Below are positions 36,835-45,789 of a stretch of 64,000 bases of DNA, piece after piece. The notes under the pieces were generated by a model. The model did not search any database. It had not been told where the DNA came from and saw only the letters and a program-made list of their open reading frames with translations. This DNA is from Planctomycetia bacterium (GTDB taxonomy: Bacteria; Planctomycetota; Phycisphaerae; Phycisphaerales; SM1A02), in assembly GCA_005776885.1 (NCBI GenBank), contig SXOD01000019.1:33577-97576 (forward strand), in the 5' to 3' direction. The translations under genes were made by a program, and so were the position numbers. Position 1 is the stretch's first letter. The number at the start of each line of letters is the position of its first letter.

Positions 36835-37809
36835 ATGGTGCCGCACGCCAACGAACACGACTTGCCGCTCGTCCTCGTCCTGATGGGCGGCCCCGACGCC
36901 GAGCGCGAGGTCAGCCTCAACTCAGGCACACGCGTCGCCGATGGATTGCGACGGTCGGGTCGGTACCGGGTGAATCCGCAGGTCATCGATCGACTGGACG
37001 CCGACGGGCTCGCCCGCCTGGCCGGAGACTTGGTCGCGCCAATCGTCCACGGGCCGTGGGGTGAAGGCGGAGAACTGCAGGCGTTGCTCGAGCGTGATGG
37101 CCGCCCCTACCTCGGTTCGGGGCCGGAGGCCTCCCGCCTGGCCATGAACAAGGTGGCCACCAAGGAAATGGCGCGCCGGATCGGCGTGCCAACCCCCGAC
37201 TGGCAACTGGTGACCCCGGGAGCCAAGGTAACCCTCCCCCCGCCAGCCGTCGTCAAGCCAGTCGATGACGGGTCGAGCGTGGACCTGTACCTCTGCGACA
37301 CGATCGAGGCCGTTGAGACGGCGGCCCAGGGCGTGGCTTCGCGTCGGGGAGCTGCCCTCGTGGAACGGCTCGTCAAGGGTCGAGAGGTCACGGTGGGGAT
37401 AGTTGGCGGCGTGACCCTTCCCATCATTGAAATCATCCCCCACCCAGGGACCTACGACTACGAGGCCAAGTACATCCGGTCCGACACGACCTACCGGGTC
37501 GACCCGGCCGACATGCCCGCCCCGGTCAAGCTGCAGGCGTCCCGCGACGCGTTGGCGATCGCCGAGGCGCTCGGGTGCCGGGACGTGTCGCGCGTGGACT
37601 TCCTCGTGGCCGACGGAAAGGCTTGGCTGCTTGAAGTGAACACGATGCCCGGCATGACCGATCACTCACTGGTTCCCAAAGCCGCGGCAGCGACTGGCCT
37701 GGACTTCCCGGGCCTCTGCTGCCGCCTCATGGGGCTCGCGGCGGATCGGGCCAGTGCGTCGGCTGTGGATGGCCGAAATCTCCGTGCAAGCCGGGCCGGG
37801 ATCCGATAA
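36835..37809 (+). CDS. ddl: D-alanine--D-alanine ligase
   Basis: Shows LMGGPDAEREVSLNSG, HGPWGEGGELQALLE, MNKVATK, VVKPVDDGSSVD and LLEVNTMPGMTDHSLVPK, typical of Ddl. GAGGAAAG lies upstream of the ATG. Confidence 0.9.
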   Translation: MVPHANEHDLPLVLVLMGGPDAEREVSLNSGTRVADGLRRSGRYRVNPQVIDRLDADGLARLAGDLVAPIVHGPWGEGGELQALLERDGRPYLGSGPEASRLAMNKVATKEMARRIGVPTPDWQLVTPGAKVTLPPPAVVKPVDDGSSVDLYLCDTIEAVETAAQGVASRRGAALVERLVKGREVTVGIVGGVTLPIIEIIPHPGTYDYEAKYIRSDTTYRVDPADMPAPVKLQASRDALAIAEALGCRDVSRVDFLVADGKAWLLEVNTMPGMTDHSLVPKAAAATGLDFPGLCCRLMGLAADRASASAVDGRNLRASRAGIR

Positions 37810-37819
37810 GACTCCGTCC

Positions 37820-38692
37820 ATGTCGCAGGATGCGCACGCGGCCATCGAGCCGTCCGATCAACGTTCAAGCCCAGCCTGGCAGTGGGCCTTCGATGGGGTG
37901 CTGGCCATCCTCGTGGTCGCCGGCTTGGTGGCCTTTGGAGCGAGTGGCGTGCCAAGCCTTCGGCAGCGTGCCGGCGCAGACGCCTATACGATCACCAGCC
38001 TCCGCCTGGTTGATCGGCCGGCGTGGATGGACGACGAGCTGCTCAGGCCGCTCGCTCGAAACCTGAAGGACAACATCGAGCTTGGCGGCGTCAGCCACGA
38101 CTCCCTCGAACTCGCGCGGACGCTCCTGGAGCGCTCCGGGTGGTTCGACCGGGTCTGGCAGCTGAGCCTGGAGGAGGGGGCACTCATCATCCGCGCGGAC
38201 TATGCCACTCCTTGCGCGCTGGTGGAAACCGGCGGACGCGAGTGGCTGGTGGGCTCTCGCGGGCAGCGACTCCCCCGCGACTACGCCCCTTCCACCGGCC
38301 CAAAGATGGTTCGTGTCCGCGGCGTGGGTGCCGCCCCGCCCGAAATGGCTGGGGATGCCTGGGAGGGCGAGCCCGTTGCCGCGGCGCTTCGCACCATCGC
38401 GCTCATGGAGTCCCGTCCATGGTTCCCCCAGGTCGCGCGACTGGACGTCAGTGACCTCGAAGGCGAAGGACTGGTGATCGAGACGACTCACGGCACGCGG
38501 TTTCGCTGGGGTTCCACGGCAGTCGAGCCGACACCCGGCCAACTGCCGCCGGCACAGCGCATCGCCGTCCTTGACATGCTCAACAGCCAGGTCGGCTCGC
38601 TGGACCGAACGGGGTACGACGAGATCGACCTCACGCTCGACATCACGCTTGGCCGACGGAACCATCGCGGGGCCTTGGCCGCCGCTGACTGA
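37820..38692 (+). CDS. ftsQ: FtsQ-like cell-division protein (TM helix plus POTRA-like domain)
   Basis: ATG at 37820 inside ORF 37754..38692. It has a single TM helix (WAFDGVLAILVVAGLVAFG), a POTRA-like segment (ITSLRLVDRPAWMDDELL...) and sits immediately after ddl. The assignment rests mainly on synteny and architecture. Confidence 0.55.
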   Translation: MSQDAHAAIEPSDQRSSPAWQWAFDGVLAILVVAGLVAFGASGVPSLRQRAGADAYTITSLRLVDRPAWMDDELLRPLARNLKDNIELGGVSHDSLELARTLLERSGWFDRVWQLSLEEGALIIRADYATPCALVETGGREWLVGSRGQRLPRDYAPSTGPKMVRVRGVGAAPPEMAGDAWEGEPVAAALRTIALMESRPWFPQVARLDVSDLEGEGLVIETTHGTRFRWGSTAVEPTPGQLPPAQRIAVLDMLNSQVGSLDRTGYDEIDLTLDITLGRRNHRGALAAAD

Positions 38693-39285
38693 TGGAGACG
38701 ACCTCGCACGGCACGATGTTCCGGTGCCGGGCCATCGTCATCGGGTGCGTCATCTGGATGCTGGCCTCTTGGCTGCTCGTGGTTGGGTGGCCCGGCCCGG
38801 GAACACCTACGGTAGGGCTTGCGAGCCCGCTCGCCGGCCGAATCCTGGCGATCTGGCTGGTTGGCGTCATCGTGGCGTGGCCGATCCTTGTGCTCATCCT
38901 CCACTGGACGGGCGCCGATGCCCTCGCCCGGGTCGGCACCGTGCTTGTCGTGCTCGCGCTCGGGCTCGCACCGCTTTCCTGGTGGGCTGGATGGCCGAGA
39001 ACAGTTGATGTCGCCATTCTTGTCGGTGCGGCAGTGGCGATGGCGGCCCTGGAGGGCGCCGTGGCGCTCGTGAGGCACCAAGGCTTGCCCGGCAGGGTTG
39101 CCGCGGCCGTCGCCGTCGTCGTCGCTGGGTCGATGGGTGGCGCGACCCAGATGGCGCTGCAACTGGGTGAATCCCCAGCAGCACATGATGCCGCCGGGGT
39201 GGCACTCTCCATCGTCGGGCCAGCGGTCATCCCGCTCGCCGTGGCAGCGCTCGGCCTCGTTGCGAAGGCGATTGGGGCCCGATAG
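38692..39285 (+). CDS. Hypothetical multi-pass membrane protein
   Basis: 197 aa with about five hydrophobic helices. The start ATG shares one base with the ftsQ-like stop (TGATG). Confidence 0.5.
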   Translation: METTSHGTMFRCRAIVIGCVIWMLASWLLVVGWPGPGTPTVGLASPLAGRILAIWLVGVIVAWPILVLILHWTGADALARVGTVLVVLALGLAPLSWWAGWPRTVDVAILVGAAVAMAALEGAVALVRHQGLPGRVAAAVAVVVAGSMGGATQMALQLGESPAAHDAAGVALSIVGPAVIPLAVAALGLVAKAIGAR

Positions 39286-39295
39286 GCTTGCCGTC

Positions 39296-39766
39296 ATGGA
39301 GATGCTGACCAAGGCCGACAAGGCCAAATTGGAAGAGCAGCTCGCGGCAATGGTCGCGGCGGAACGCAACTTGATCGACCGGATCGCCGAGGCTCGTGCA
39401 CACGGAGACCTGCGCGAGAATGCGGAGTATCACGCCGCTCGCGAGGAGAAGGCGCTCAATGACAGCAAGATCCGCGCCCTGCGGGACCGATTGTCCGTTG
39501 CGCAAGTCGTGGATGATGCGGAGCTCCCCTCGGACATGGTTTTCCTTGGCGCGATGATCGAAGTCCGCGACGAGGACCACGGCCGCATCGAACGCCTCCG
39601 CATCGTGGCCAGCCTGAGTGACGATGACCCGGACGGCCACCGCGAAGTGACGGGCACCAGCCCGATGGGAGAGGCGCTCATGAAGGTCCGCATTGGCGAA
39701 ACGGTCCGCGTCGACCTCCCCAAGGGCGTTCGGCGCCTGACGGTCGTCTCGATCGTCTCCGGGTAA
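39296..39766 (+). CDS. greA: Transcription elongation factor GreA
   Basis: ATG at 39296 inside ORF 39098..39766. Shows AEARAHGDLRENAEYHAAREE and a C-terminal SPMGEALMKVRIGETV, typical of GreA. 156 aa. Confidence 0.9.
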   Translation: MEMLTKADKAKLEEQLAAMVAAERNLIDRIAEARAHGDLRENAEYHAAREEKALNDSKIRALRDRLSVAQVVDDAELPSDMVFLGAMIEVRDEDHGRIERLRIVASLSDDDPDGHREVTGTSPMGEALMKVRIGETVRVDLPKGVRRLTVVSIVSG

Positions 39767-39769
39767 ACC

Positions 39770-41236
39770 GTGGCCCCAGATCCCTCCGCCCTCTCCAACC
39801 TCACGGCACTCTCTGGGTTTCTCGTCGGGGCGTTGGACTTGGCGCTGCGCCTGGGCGGCGCGTCCCTGGTCCTGCTGCGCCGGAGTACGCAACCCGCCCG
39901 GGCCGTGCCGTGGATGCTGGTCGTCCTGGCGATCCCCTTCTTCGGGCTGGCGATGTACCTGGTGTTTGGCGAGTCCAGCTTTGGGTTTGCGCGGCGTCGC
40001 CGCTACATGAAGTCGGTCGAGTGGCTCAAGAGCCAGGCCCCAGCCTGGGACACGGTGACCACGCCGCCGCTCCCACCGATGGACCAGCACGATGTGCAGG
40101 TCGCTGCCGCGGCGCTCACCCTGGATGCCGCGCCGATCCGGGGCGGCAATGCCGTGGAGGTCACGAGCGATGGCACCGTCATGGAGTCGTGGTCCATCGA
40201 GGCCATCCGCCAGGCCCGCGAATCGATCGACCTCACGACGTACATCTTTGAGGACGATCGTTGCGGCCAAGCCGTGGCGAAGGCGCTCGCCGAGGCACGC
40301 GGGCGGGGCGTCCGCTGTCGTGCACTCGTGGATGGATTCGGCTCCTCACGGTTCGTCCGCTCGCCGCTCTTTTCGCAGATGAAGCGCGACGGCATCGAAC
40401 TCCGCATTGCGTTGCCGGGCAGCCTCCTGCGTGGGCTGTTCCACCGCATCGACATGCGCAACCACCGCAAGGTGTTGGTCGTGGACGGAGCCCTCGGGTT
40501 CACGGGCAGCCGGAACTTTGTTGCGCCGGAGTTCCTGGCGAAGAAGGACTACGCACCGTGGGTCGACTGCCTCCTTCGCGTCCGGGGGCCCGCGGTCGCC
40601 GACCTCCACCGCGTGTTTGCGGTCGACTGGAACTTCGAGACGGGCGAGGTGGTGGATGTCAACCCCGCGCGCGCGGTCGCGGCGGGCACGGCACCCGTGC
40701 AGGTGCTTCCGACTGGCCCGACGTTTGATTCCGAGGCCGTGGCGCAGCTGCTCCACGCCGCGGTGCAGGTGGCTCGCCACGAAATCGTGCTGACGACTCC
40801 CTATTTCGTCCCCGACAGCGCCTTCATCCGAGGATTGGCGGTCGCTTCGCGGCGTGGAGTCGCCGTTCAGTTGGTCATCCCAGAGCGCAATGACTCGCGA
40901 CTGGTGGCCCTCGCCAGCCGAGCGCTCCTTGGTCCCCTGCTCGACGCTGGCATCCAGATTTGGGAGTTCCCGGACGGCCTGCTCCACGCCAAGACCGTGA
41001 CGGTGGACGGCGTGCTGTCCATCATCACGAGCGCCAACCTCGACCGGCGGAGCTTTGAACTGAACTTCGAGGTGACGGCGGCGATCTATGACAACGAATC
41101 GACCACTTCGATCCGCGCCATGCAACAGCGGTGGATCGACGTGAGCCATCGATTCGTCCGGGCCAACTGGGATCGACGCGGGAAATGGGAGCGCTATCAG
41201 GAAGGGCTGGCCGGCCTCCTGGCCCCGCTCCTCTGA
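39770..41236 (+). CDS. cls: Cardiolipin synthase (PLD family)
   Basis: Two N-terminal TM helices and two HKD motifs (HRKVLVVDG..GSRN and LHAKTVTVDG..SANLD). 488 aa, GTG start. Confidence 0.9.
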   Translation: MAPDPSALSNLTALSGFLVGALDLALRLGGASLVLLRRSTQPARAVPWMLVVLAIPFFGLAMYLVFGESSFGFARRRRYMKSVEWLKSQAPAWDTVTTPPLPPMDQHDVQVAAAALTLDAAPIRGGNAVEVTSDGTVMESWSIEAIRQARESIDLTTYIFEDDRCGQAVAKALAEARGRGVRCRALVDGFGSSRFVRSPLFSQMKRDGIELRIALPGSLLRGLFHRIDMRNHRKVLVVDGALGFTGSRNFVAPEFLAKKDYAPWVDCLLRVRGPAVADLHRVFAVDWNFETGEVVDVNPARAVAAGTAPVQVLPTGPTFDSEAVAQLLHAAVQVARHEIVLTTPYFVPDSAFIRGLAVASRRGVAVQLVIPERNDSRLVALASRALLGPLLDAGIQIWEFPDGLLHAKTVTVDGVLSIITSANLDRRSFELNFEVTAAIYDNESTTSIRAMQQRWIDVSHRFVRANWDRRGKWERYQEGLAGLLAPLL

Positions 41237-41261
41237 TCGAGCCCTCGCCTGGATGGCACGC

Positions 41262-42875
41262 TCACCGCTTGACCGTGAGGCGCTCGCCGGCTCGAGCCTC
41301 CGCTGACTGCGTCACCCCGTCCGGCCATCGAACCGTGATGGTCAAGGGGGTGGATCGCATCGACTCGGGGATGCCGACGTGGACCTCGCGCGAGGCCGTC
41401 GACTGAAACGGCCCGCCGCCGATGACCCAGCGCCGGGCCAGTCGCGCGCCGTCGGGGCCAGCCACGTCGATGCGTGCACCGATTCCCCGGAGGTTCCCCG
41501 GGTGCACCGAGTCGATCAGCCTGATGGCGATCGCGGATCCAGGAACCGCGCCCGCCGAGCGGTTCTCGATCACTCGGACGGGGCCGTTGAGCTCGATGAC
41601 AACCAGGTCAACGTCGAGGTCGCCATCAAGGTCCGTGGCCACCATCGATCGATCCACGTGGCTTCCCAAGCCGGAGTCCCGCGCCACGAATCGTGGCCCC
41701 ATCCGCTCCATCACCATCAACGGCTGTCGGTACTCGCTGTCCATCAGCTCCCGCGTGGCCTGCGGGTAGACGTGCCCATTGACGCCGACGAGGTCCTCGT
41801 CGCCATCATGATCCAGGTCCACGAACGACGCACCCCAACCGCACCAGGTCCGGCTCGGCGCACCGATGCCGTATTGGCTCGTCCGGTCATCCAGGAACCC
41901 CCCGTCCAGATTGAGATGGAGCGTGTTGGTGTCGCTGGAAAAATTGGTGGTCAGCAGGTCGGGGAAGCCGTTGGCATCGACATCGCCCACGGCGATGCCC
42001 ATCGTGGCTTGGCCCGACCCCTCGAGGTTTGTCGAGGCGCCACTTGGCGCGCCACGATCGTTGAAGTGCCCAGTCCCGTCATTCACCCACAGCGAGTCGG
42101 GCTGCGAATCGTTGCCCACGAACAGGTCGATTCGCCCATCGCCACTTACGTCGAGGGCAACCACGTTGAGCGCAAAGCGATCGGGTCCGGCGCGGATGCC
42201 AAGTGCCTCGGAGTGATCCACGAATCGCCCACCCTCGTTCAGGAGCAGCCGGTCGGGTTCGGCCACGTAACCGCGCGGGCCCGCCAGGACCGGAATCCCC
42301 TTGAACGAGGCCGCCGGGAGAGGCGCAGCGGGATCGACCTTGACATAACCGCAGACGTAGAGATCCAGGTCGCCATCCAGGTCGATGTCTGCGAGCGCGG
42401 CCCCCGTGTTCCAGTCGTCATCTGGCGGAAGCCAGTCGGCCGTGGCGTCGACGAATCGGCCGCCGCCTTGCCCCAAGAGCAGCACGTCCTGCCCGAGGCA
42501 CGCGATGAAGAGGTCCTCGTGCCCATTGCCGTCGATGTCGCCAGACGCCACGCCGAATCCCCAGCGCCGAAACGCAACGCCCATGCGAGCCGTGGCGTCG
42601 GCAAATCGGAGTCCTCCCAGGTTTTCGTAGAGGCGGGCACCCGGCCCGGATTCAGGTGCCGCCAACGTCGCACCGTTGGGGAAGAACAGGTCCTCGTCGC
42701 CGTCCTCGTCAAAGTCGATCAGGGCCACGCCGCCTCCCTTGACCTCAAGAATGTGGGTCGATGGCACGGCGCCGCTGGTGGTCACGAACTGGAGGCCGCT
42801 CGACTCGGTGACGTCGGCCAGGGAGACCGGCGGATCCGAGCTCAGCATCACGGCCCACAGGATGATCGGAATCAC
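41262..42875 (-). CDS. CRTAC1-family protein (FG-GAP/VCBS repeats plus ASPIC/UnbV C-terminal domain)
   Basis: GTG at 42875 with GGAGG upstream, overlapping the TPR gene stop (GTGA). Repeats are DFDEDGDEDLFF, GDIDGNGHEDLFI, ADIDLDGDLDLYV, LDVSGDGRIDLFV, GDVDANGFPDLLT, VDLDHDGDEDLVG and TDLDGDLDVDLVV. The C-terminus GIGARIDV...RRWVIGGGPFQS...VHVGI is typical of ASPIC/UnbV. Confidence 0.85.
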   Translation of the reverse strand: MIPIILWAVMLSSDPPVSLADVTESSGLQFVTTSGAVPSTHILEVKGGGVALIDFDEDGDEDLFFPNGATLAAPESGPGARLYENLGGLRFADATARMGVAFRRWGFGVASGDIDGNGHEDLFIACLGQDVLLLGQGGGRFVDATADWLPPDDDWNTGAALADIDLDGDLDLYVCGYVKVDPAAPLPAASFKGIPVLAGPRGYVAEPDRLLLNEGGRFVDHSEALGIRAGPDRFALNVVALDVSGDGRIDLFVGNDSQPDSLWVNDGTGHFNDRGAPSGASTNLEGSGQATMGIAVGDVDANGFPDLLTTNFSSDTNTLHLNLDGGFLDDRTSQYGIGAPSRTWCGWGASFVDLDHDGDEDLVGVNGHVYPQATRELMDSEYRQPLMVMERMGPRFVARDSGLGSHVDRSMVATDLDGDLDVDLVVIELNGPVRVIENRSAGAVPGSAIAIRLIDSVHPGNLRGIGARIDVAGPDGARLARRWVIGGGPFQSTASREVHVGIPESMRSTPLTITVRWPDGVTQSAEARAGERLTVKR

Positions 42876-43870
42876 TGGCCCCCTCCTCCATCCCCGACAC
42901 GGCCAAGTTGTTCCAGCACTCGCTGCTGCTGCTCCCGAGCCTTCGCGGCCGCCTCGGGCTGATGGAGTCGATCCAACACCCGGGCCAGTTTTGCCCATCC
43001 CTCGTGGTGGGCGGGCCACAACGTGACGGCCTCCTCGTACTGGGCGCGAGCCTCTTCCACCTGGTCCCTGCGCAATGCGACATCTCCAAGTCGCACCAGC
43101 ACCTTCGCACGATCCTTTGGCCGCGGCATCGCGAGCTGGCCGTCGGCCCCGGGCACATCGATCAACTGAAGGGCCAAGTGGAGATGCTGCTGCGCCGCCT
43201 CGAGGTCGTCTTGGTCGATGGCCACGATGCCACGGCCGAACTGGCTGTCAAACTCGCCGGGAACAAGCGCAATGTGTGCGTCAAAGTGTCGGGCGGAAGC
43301 GTCAAGGTCGCCCAGGTAGTAGGTGCACCATCCAAGGAAGTGCGGAACATGCGCCGCCTCAGGGAAGATCGCCGCCACGACATCGCCGTCCATCGACGAG
43401 GCCAGCGCATCGGATCGTTCCAGCAGCGGGCGCGCCTCGGCATACCGCTTCTGCTTGTGAATCGCCAGCCCGAGCAGGAAGCTGGCCCGGGGATGGTCGG
43501 GATGGCTCTGATGGAGTGCCCTGAAGACCGCTTCCGCCCCGGCGAAGTTTCCATTCGAGAGCAGTCGCTTCCCGACCGACAGCCGCATCTGCTCCTCTTT
43601 TGCCAGCCGGTCCGAAGTGGCTGGGGGCTGGAGTTGACTGGGGGTGACGTGCATCGCATCTGCATCGATGACAATGACGGGCCCCCCATCAGTCGGCGTT
43701 GCATCTGGCTGGGAAGGCACGTTAGGGGACGCCGTTATCGGACCTTGCCCTGAGTGATCTGGTGGGGTCGGTGGCTCTTGTACCGGGTCGCAGGAGCAGC
43801 AACCACAGAGCACGGCCACCCCAGCGAGGGAACGCGAGAGGCTGGATCCATGCCTGTGAATCTGTTTCAT
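42872..43870 (-). CDS. TPR-repeat probable lipoprotein
   Basis: ATG at 43870 inside ORF 42872..44089. Has a signal/Cys-rich lipobox region (AGVAVLCGCC), then TPR-like helices (GNFAGAEAVFRALHQSHPDHPRASFLLGLAIHKQKRYAEARPLLE...). Confidence 0.75.
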   Translation of the reverse strand: MKQIHRHGSSLSRSLAGVAVLCGCCSCDPVQEPPTPPDHSGQGPITASPNVPSQPDATPTDGGPVIVIDADAMHVTPSQLQPPATSDRLAKEEQMRLSVGKRLLSNGNFAGAEAVFRALHQSHPDHPRASFLLGLAIHKQKRYAEARPLLERSDALASSMDGDVVAAIFPEAAHVPHFLGWCTYYLGDLDASARHFDAHIALVPGEFDSQFGRGIVAIDQDDLEAAQQHLHLALQLIDVPGADGQLAMPRPKDRAKVLVRLGDVALRRDQVEEARAQYEEAVTLWPAHHEGWAKLARVLDRLHQPEAAAKAREQQQRVLEQLGRVGDGGGGQ

Positions 43871-44045
43871 GAAGACGCGTGGAATGGTAGGGCTACAGAA
43901 ATGGGGATGAATGTCCCGAGTTTCAGTATCCGGACTTGCCGGGCACGAATCCAGTGATAGGTTGTAACGAATCACGCCGCCGCTGGCGAGTTTGTTCTTT
44001 CGCGGACCCCGACCGGCCCCGCGGTGACTCGGTATTGGACTGCAT

Positions 44046-45704
44046 ATGTCGACCACGCCACGCATTCTGAGTCTCGCTTCCCTGCTCACTTTTTCAACCG
44101 CCGCCCTTTCTCACGCTGGCGGAGGGATCACACTCCAACCCAAGGCCGGCGCCCCGCTGCAGGGACTGACCGCCGACGAGTTGGCCCTCTTCGAGACCGG
44201 GAAGATCCTGTTTGCCACACCACCGACCATCGAGCAAGGTCTCGGGCCCATCTTCAACAAGTCCAACTGCCAATCGTGCCACTCGGTGCCGACTGGCGGA
44301 TGGGGATCCATCACCGTCACTCGATTCGGACTCGAGAAAAAGGGCGAGTTTGTTGAGTACCCCGGCGAGGTGCAGTCGCTCCTCCAGGCGGAAGCGATCA
44401 GCGAATCGTGCCGCGAGATCCTCCCGGCCGACGCGACGGTCGTGTCGCTGCGGGTCACGAACAGCTCCCTTGCGTTCGGCATCGTTGACGCGATCGCCGA
44501 CGCGGACATCATCGCCAACGGCGATCCGACCGACGCCGATGGCGACGGCATCTCCGGCAAGGTCCACTATGTGGATGTGCTGGAAGACCCCACCGGCGGG
44601 CTCCGCCCGGGCCGCTTTGGCTGGAAGGCTCAGGTCGCCACGCTCTTCTCCTTCTCGGGCGATGCCACGCGAAATGAGATGGGCTTCACCAACTCCCTGG
44701 TGCCCTCTGAAAATCCACCCAACGGCGATTACGCCCTGCTTGCCCAGTGCGACGTGGCCTCGGATCCCGAGGATGTCCCGGATGCGGCCGGATTCACCTT
44801 CATCGAGCGCGTCACGCACTTCCAGCGCTTCCTCGGAATGCCGCCCCAGACGCCGAAAGTTGGCATGACCGGCGAGGCGATCTTCAATCAGGTCGGCTGT
44901 GCCAAGTGCCACATCCGCGACTGGCAGACGCCCAACGATCCCAGCCTGGCCGAGGCGCTGCGCGGCCAGAACGCCAAGATCTACAGCGACTTCCTCCTGC
45001 ACGACATGGGAACCCTGGCGGACGGCATCCAGCAGGGTGACGCGAATGAGTTTGAGTTCCGCACGCCGGTCCTCTGGAACCTGGCCACCCGTGATCCCAT
45101 GCTCCACGACGGCCGCGTGGCTGGCGGGACCTTTGCTGAGCGAGTGACCGCCGTGATCGTCGCGCACGGGCCATTCGGCGAAGGCGCCGCGTCGGCGGCC
45201 GCCTTCTCCGCGCTCAGCGAGGGCGAAAAGGGACAGTTGGTCTCGTTCTTGCGGTCGCTCGGTCGGCTTGAGTTTGATGCCGACTTCTCCGGGGTGATCG
45301 ACATCGTGGACTTCTATTCCTTCTGGTCCTGCGCGAACATTGCCATCGCGCCGGATGATGAATGCGCCGTCCATGACATCAACGCCAGTGGATCCTTGGA
45401 ACCCGACGACCTTTCCATGTTCCTGCAGGCCTGGGGCGGACCAGCGGATGACTGCGATGCCAATTCCTTCCCGGACGCCATCGACATCGCGCTTGATGCC
45501 TCGCTGGACTCCAACGGCGATGGCATCCTGGACAGTTGCTCCACCTGCCCCGCCGACCTGGACGGCAACGGCTCCGTGGATGGCTCCGACCTGGCCACGC
45601 TCCTCAGCGGCTGGGGTGGCTCCGACGCGGACATCGACGGGAGCGGAACGGTCGACGGCCAGGATCTTGCCCAAATGCTCTCCGCTTGGGGCCCCTGCGC
45701 CTGA
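44046..45704 (+). CDS. DUF1111-type di-haem oxidoreductase with a C-terminal dockerin-like module
   Basis: 552 aa. Signal peptide; two CXXCH motifs (CQSCH, CAKCH). FNKSNCQSCHSVP, GRFGWKAQ and FLLHDMG are typical of the di-haem DUF1111/COG3488 family. The last 52 aa are CPADLDGNGSVDGSDLATLLSGWG..DIDGSGTVDGQDLAQMLSAWGPCA. Confidence 0.85.
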   Translation: MSTTPRILSLASLLTFSTAALSHAGGGITLQPKAGAPLQGLTADELALFETGKILFATPPTIEQGLGPIFNKSNCQSCHSVPTGGWGSITVTRFGLEKKGEFVEYPGEVQSLLQAEAISESCREILPADATVVSLRVTNSSLAFGIVDAIADADIIANGDPTDADGDGISGKVHYVDVLEDPTGGLRPGRFGWKAQVATLFSFSGDATRNEMGFTNSLVPSENPPNGDYALLAQCDVASDPEDVPDAAGFTFIERVTHFQRFLGMPPQTPKVGMTGEAIFNQVGCAKCHIRDWQTPNDPSLAEALRGQNAKIYSDFLLHDMGTLADGIQQGDANEFEFRTPVLWNLATRDPMLHDGRVAGGTFAERVTAVIVAHGPFGEGAASAAAFSALSEGEKGQLVSFLRSLGRLEFDADFSGVIDIVDFYSFWSCANIAIAPDDECAVHDINASGSLEPDDLSMFLQAWGGPADDCDANSFPDAIDIALDASLDSNGDGILDSCSTCPADLDGNGSVDGSDLATLLSGWGGSDADIDGSGTVDGQDLAQMLSAWGPCA

Positions 45705-45789
45705 GCAACCGCCTACTCTGCAGCATCGTTTGAGGGAAACGGTTTCCCACTGACCCACGACCTCCGAACATCCGAACGGACCGAGACCG

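Noticed and set aside
45734-45748. Perfect 15-nt palindrome GGGAAACGGTTTCCC after the DUF1111 gene, considered as an intrinsic terminator
   Set aside because: The stem is short, the loop is minimal and no U-tract follows. The next gene starts 42 nt later, so read-through is likely. It is noted only because GGAAACGG recurs in the 30-bp repeat.
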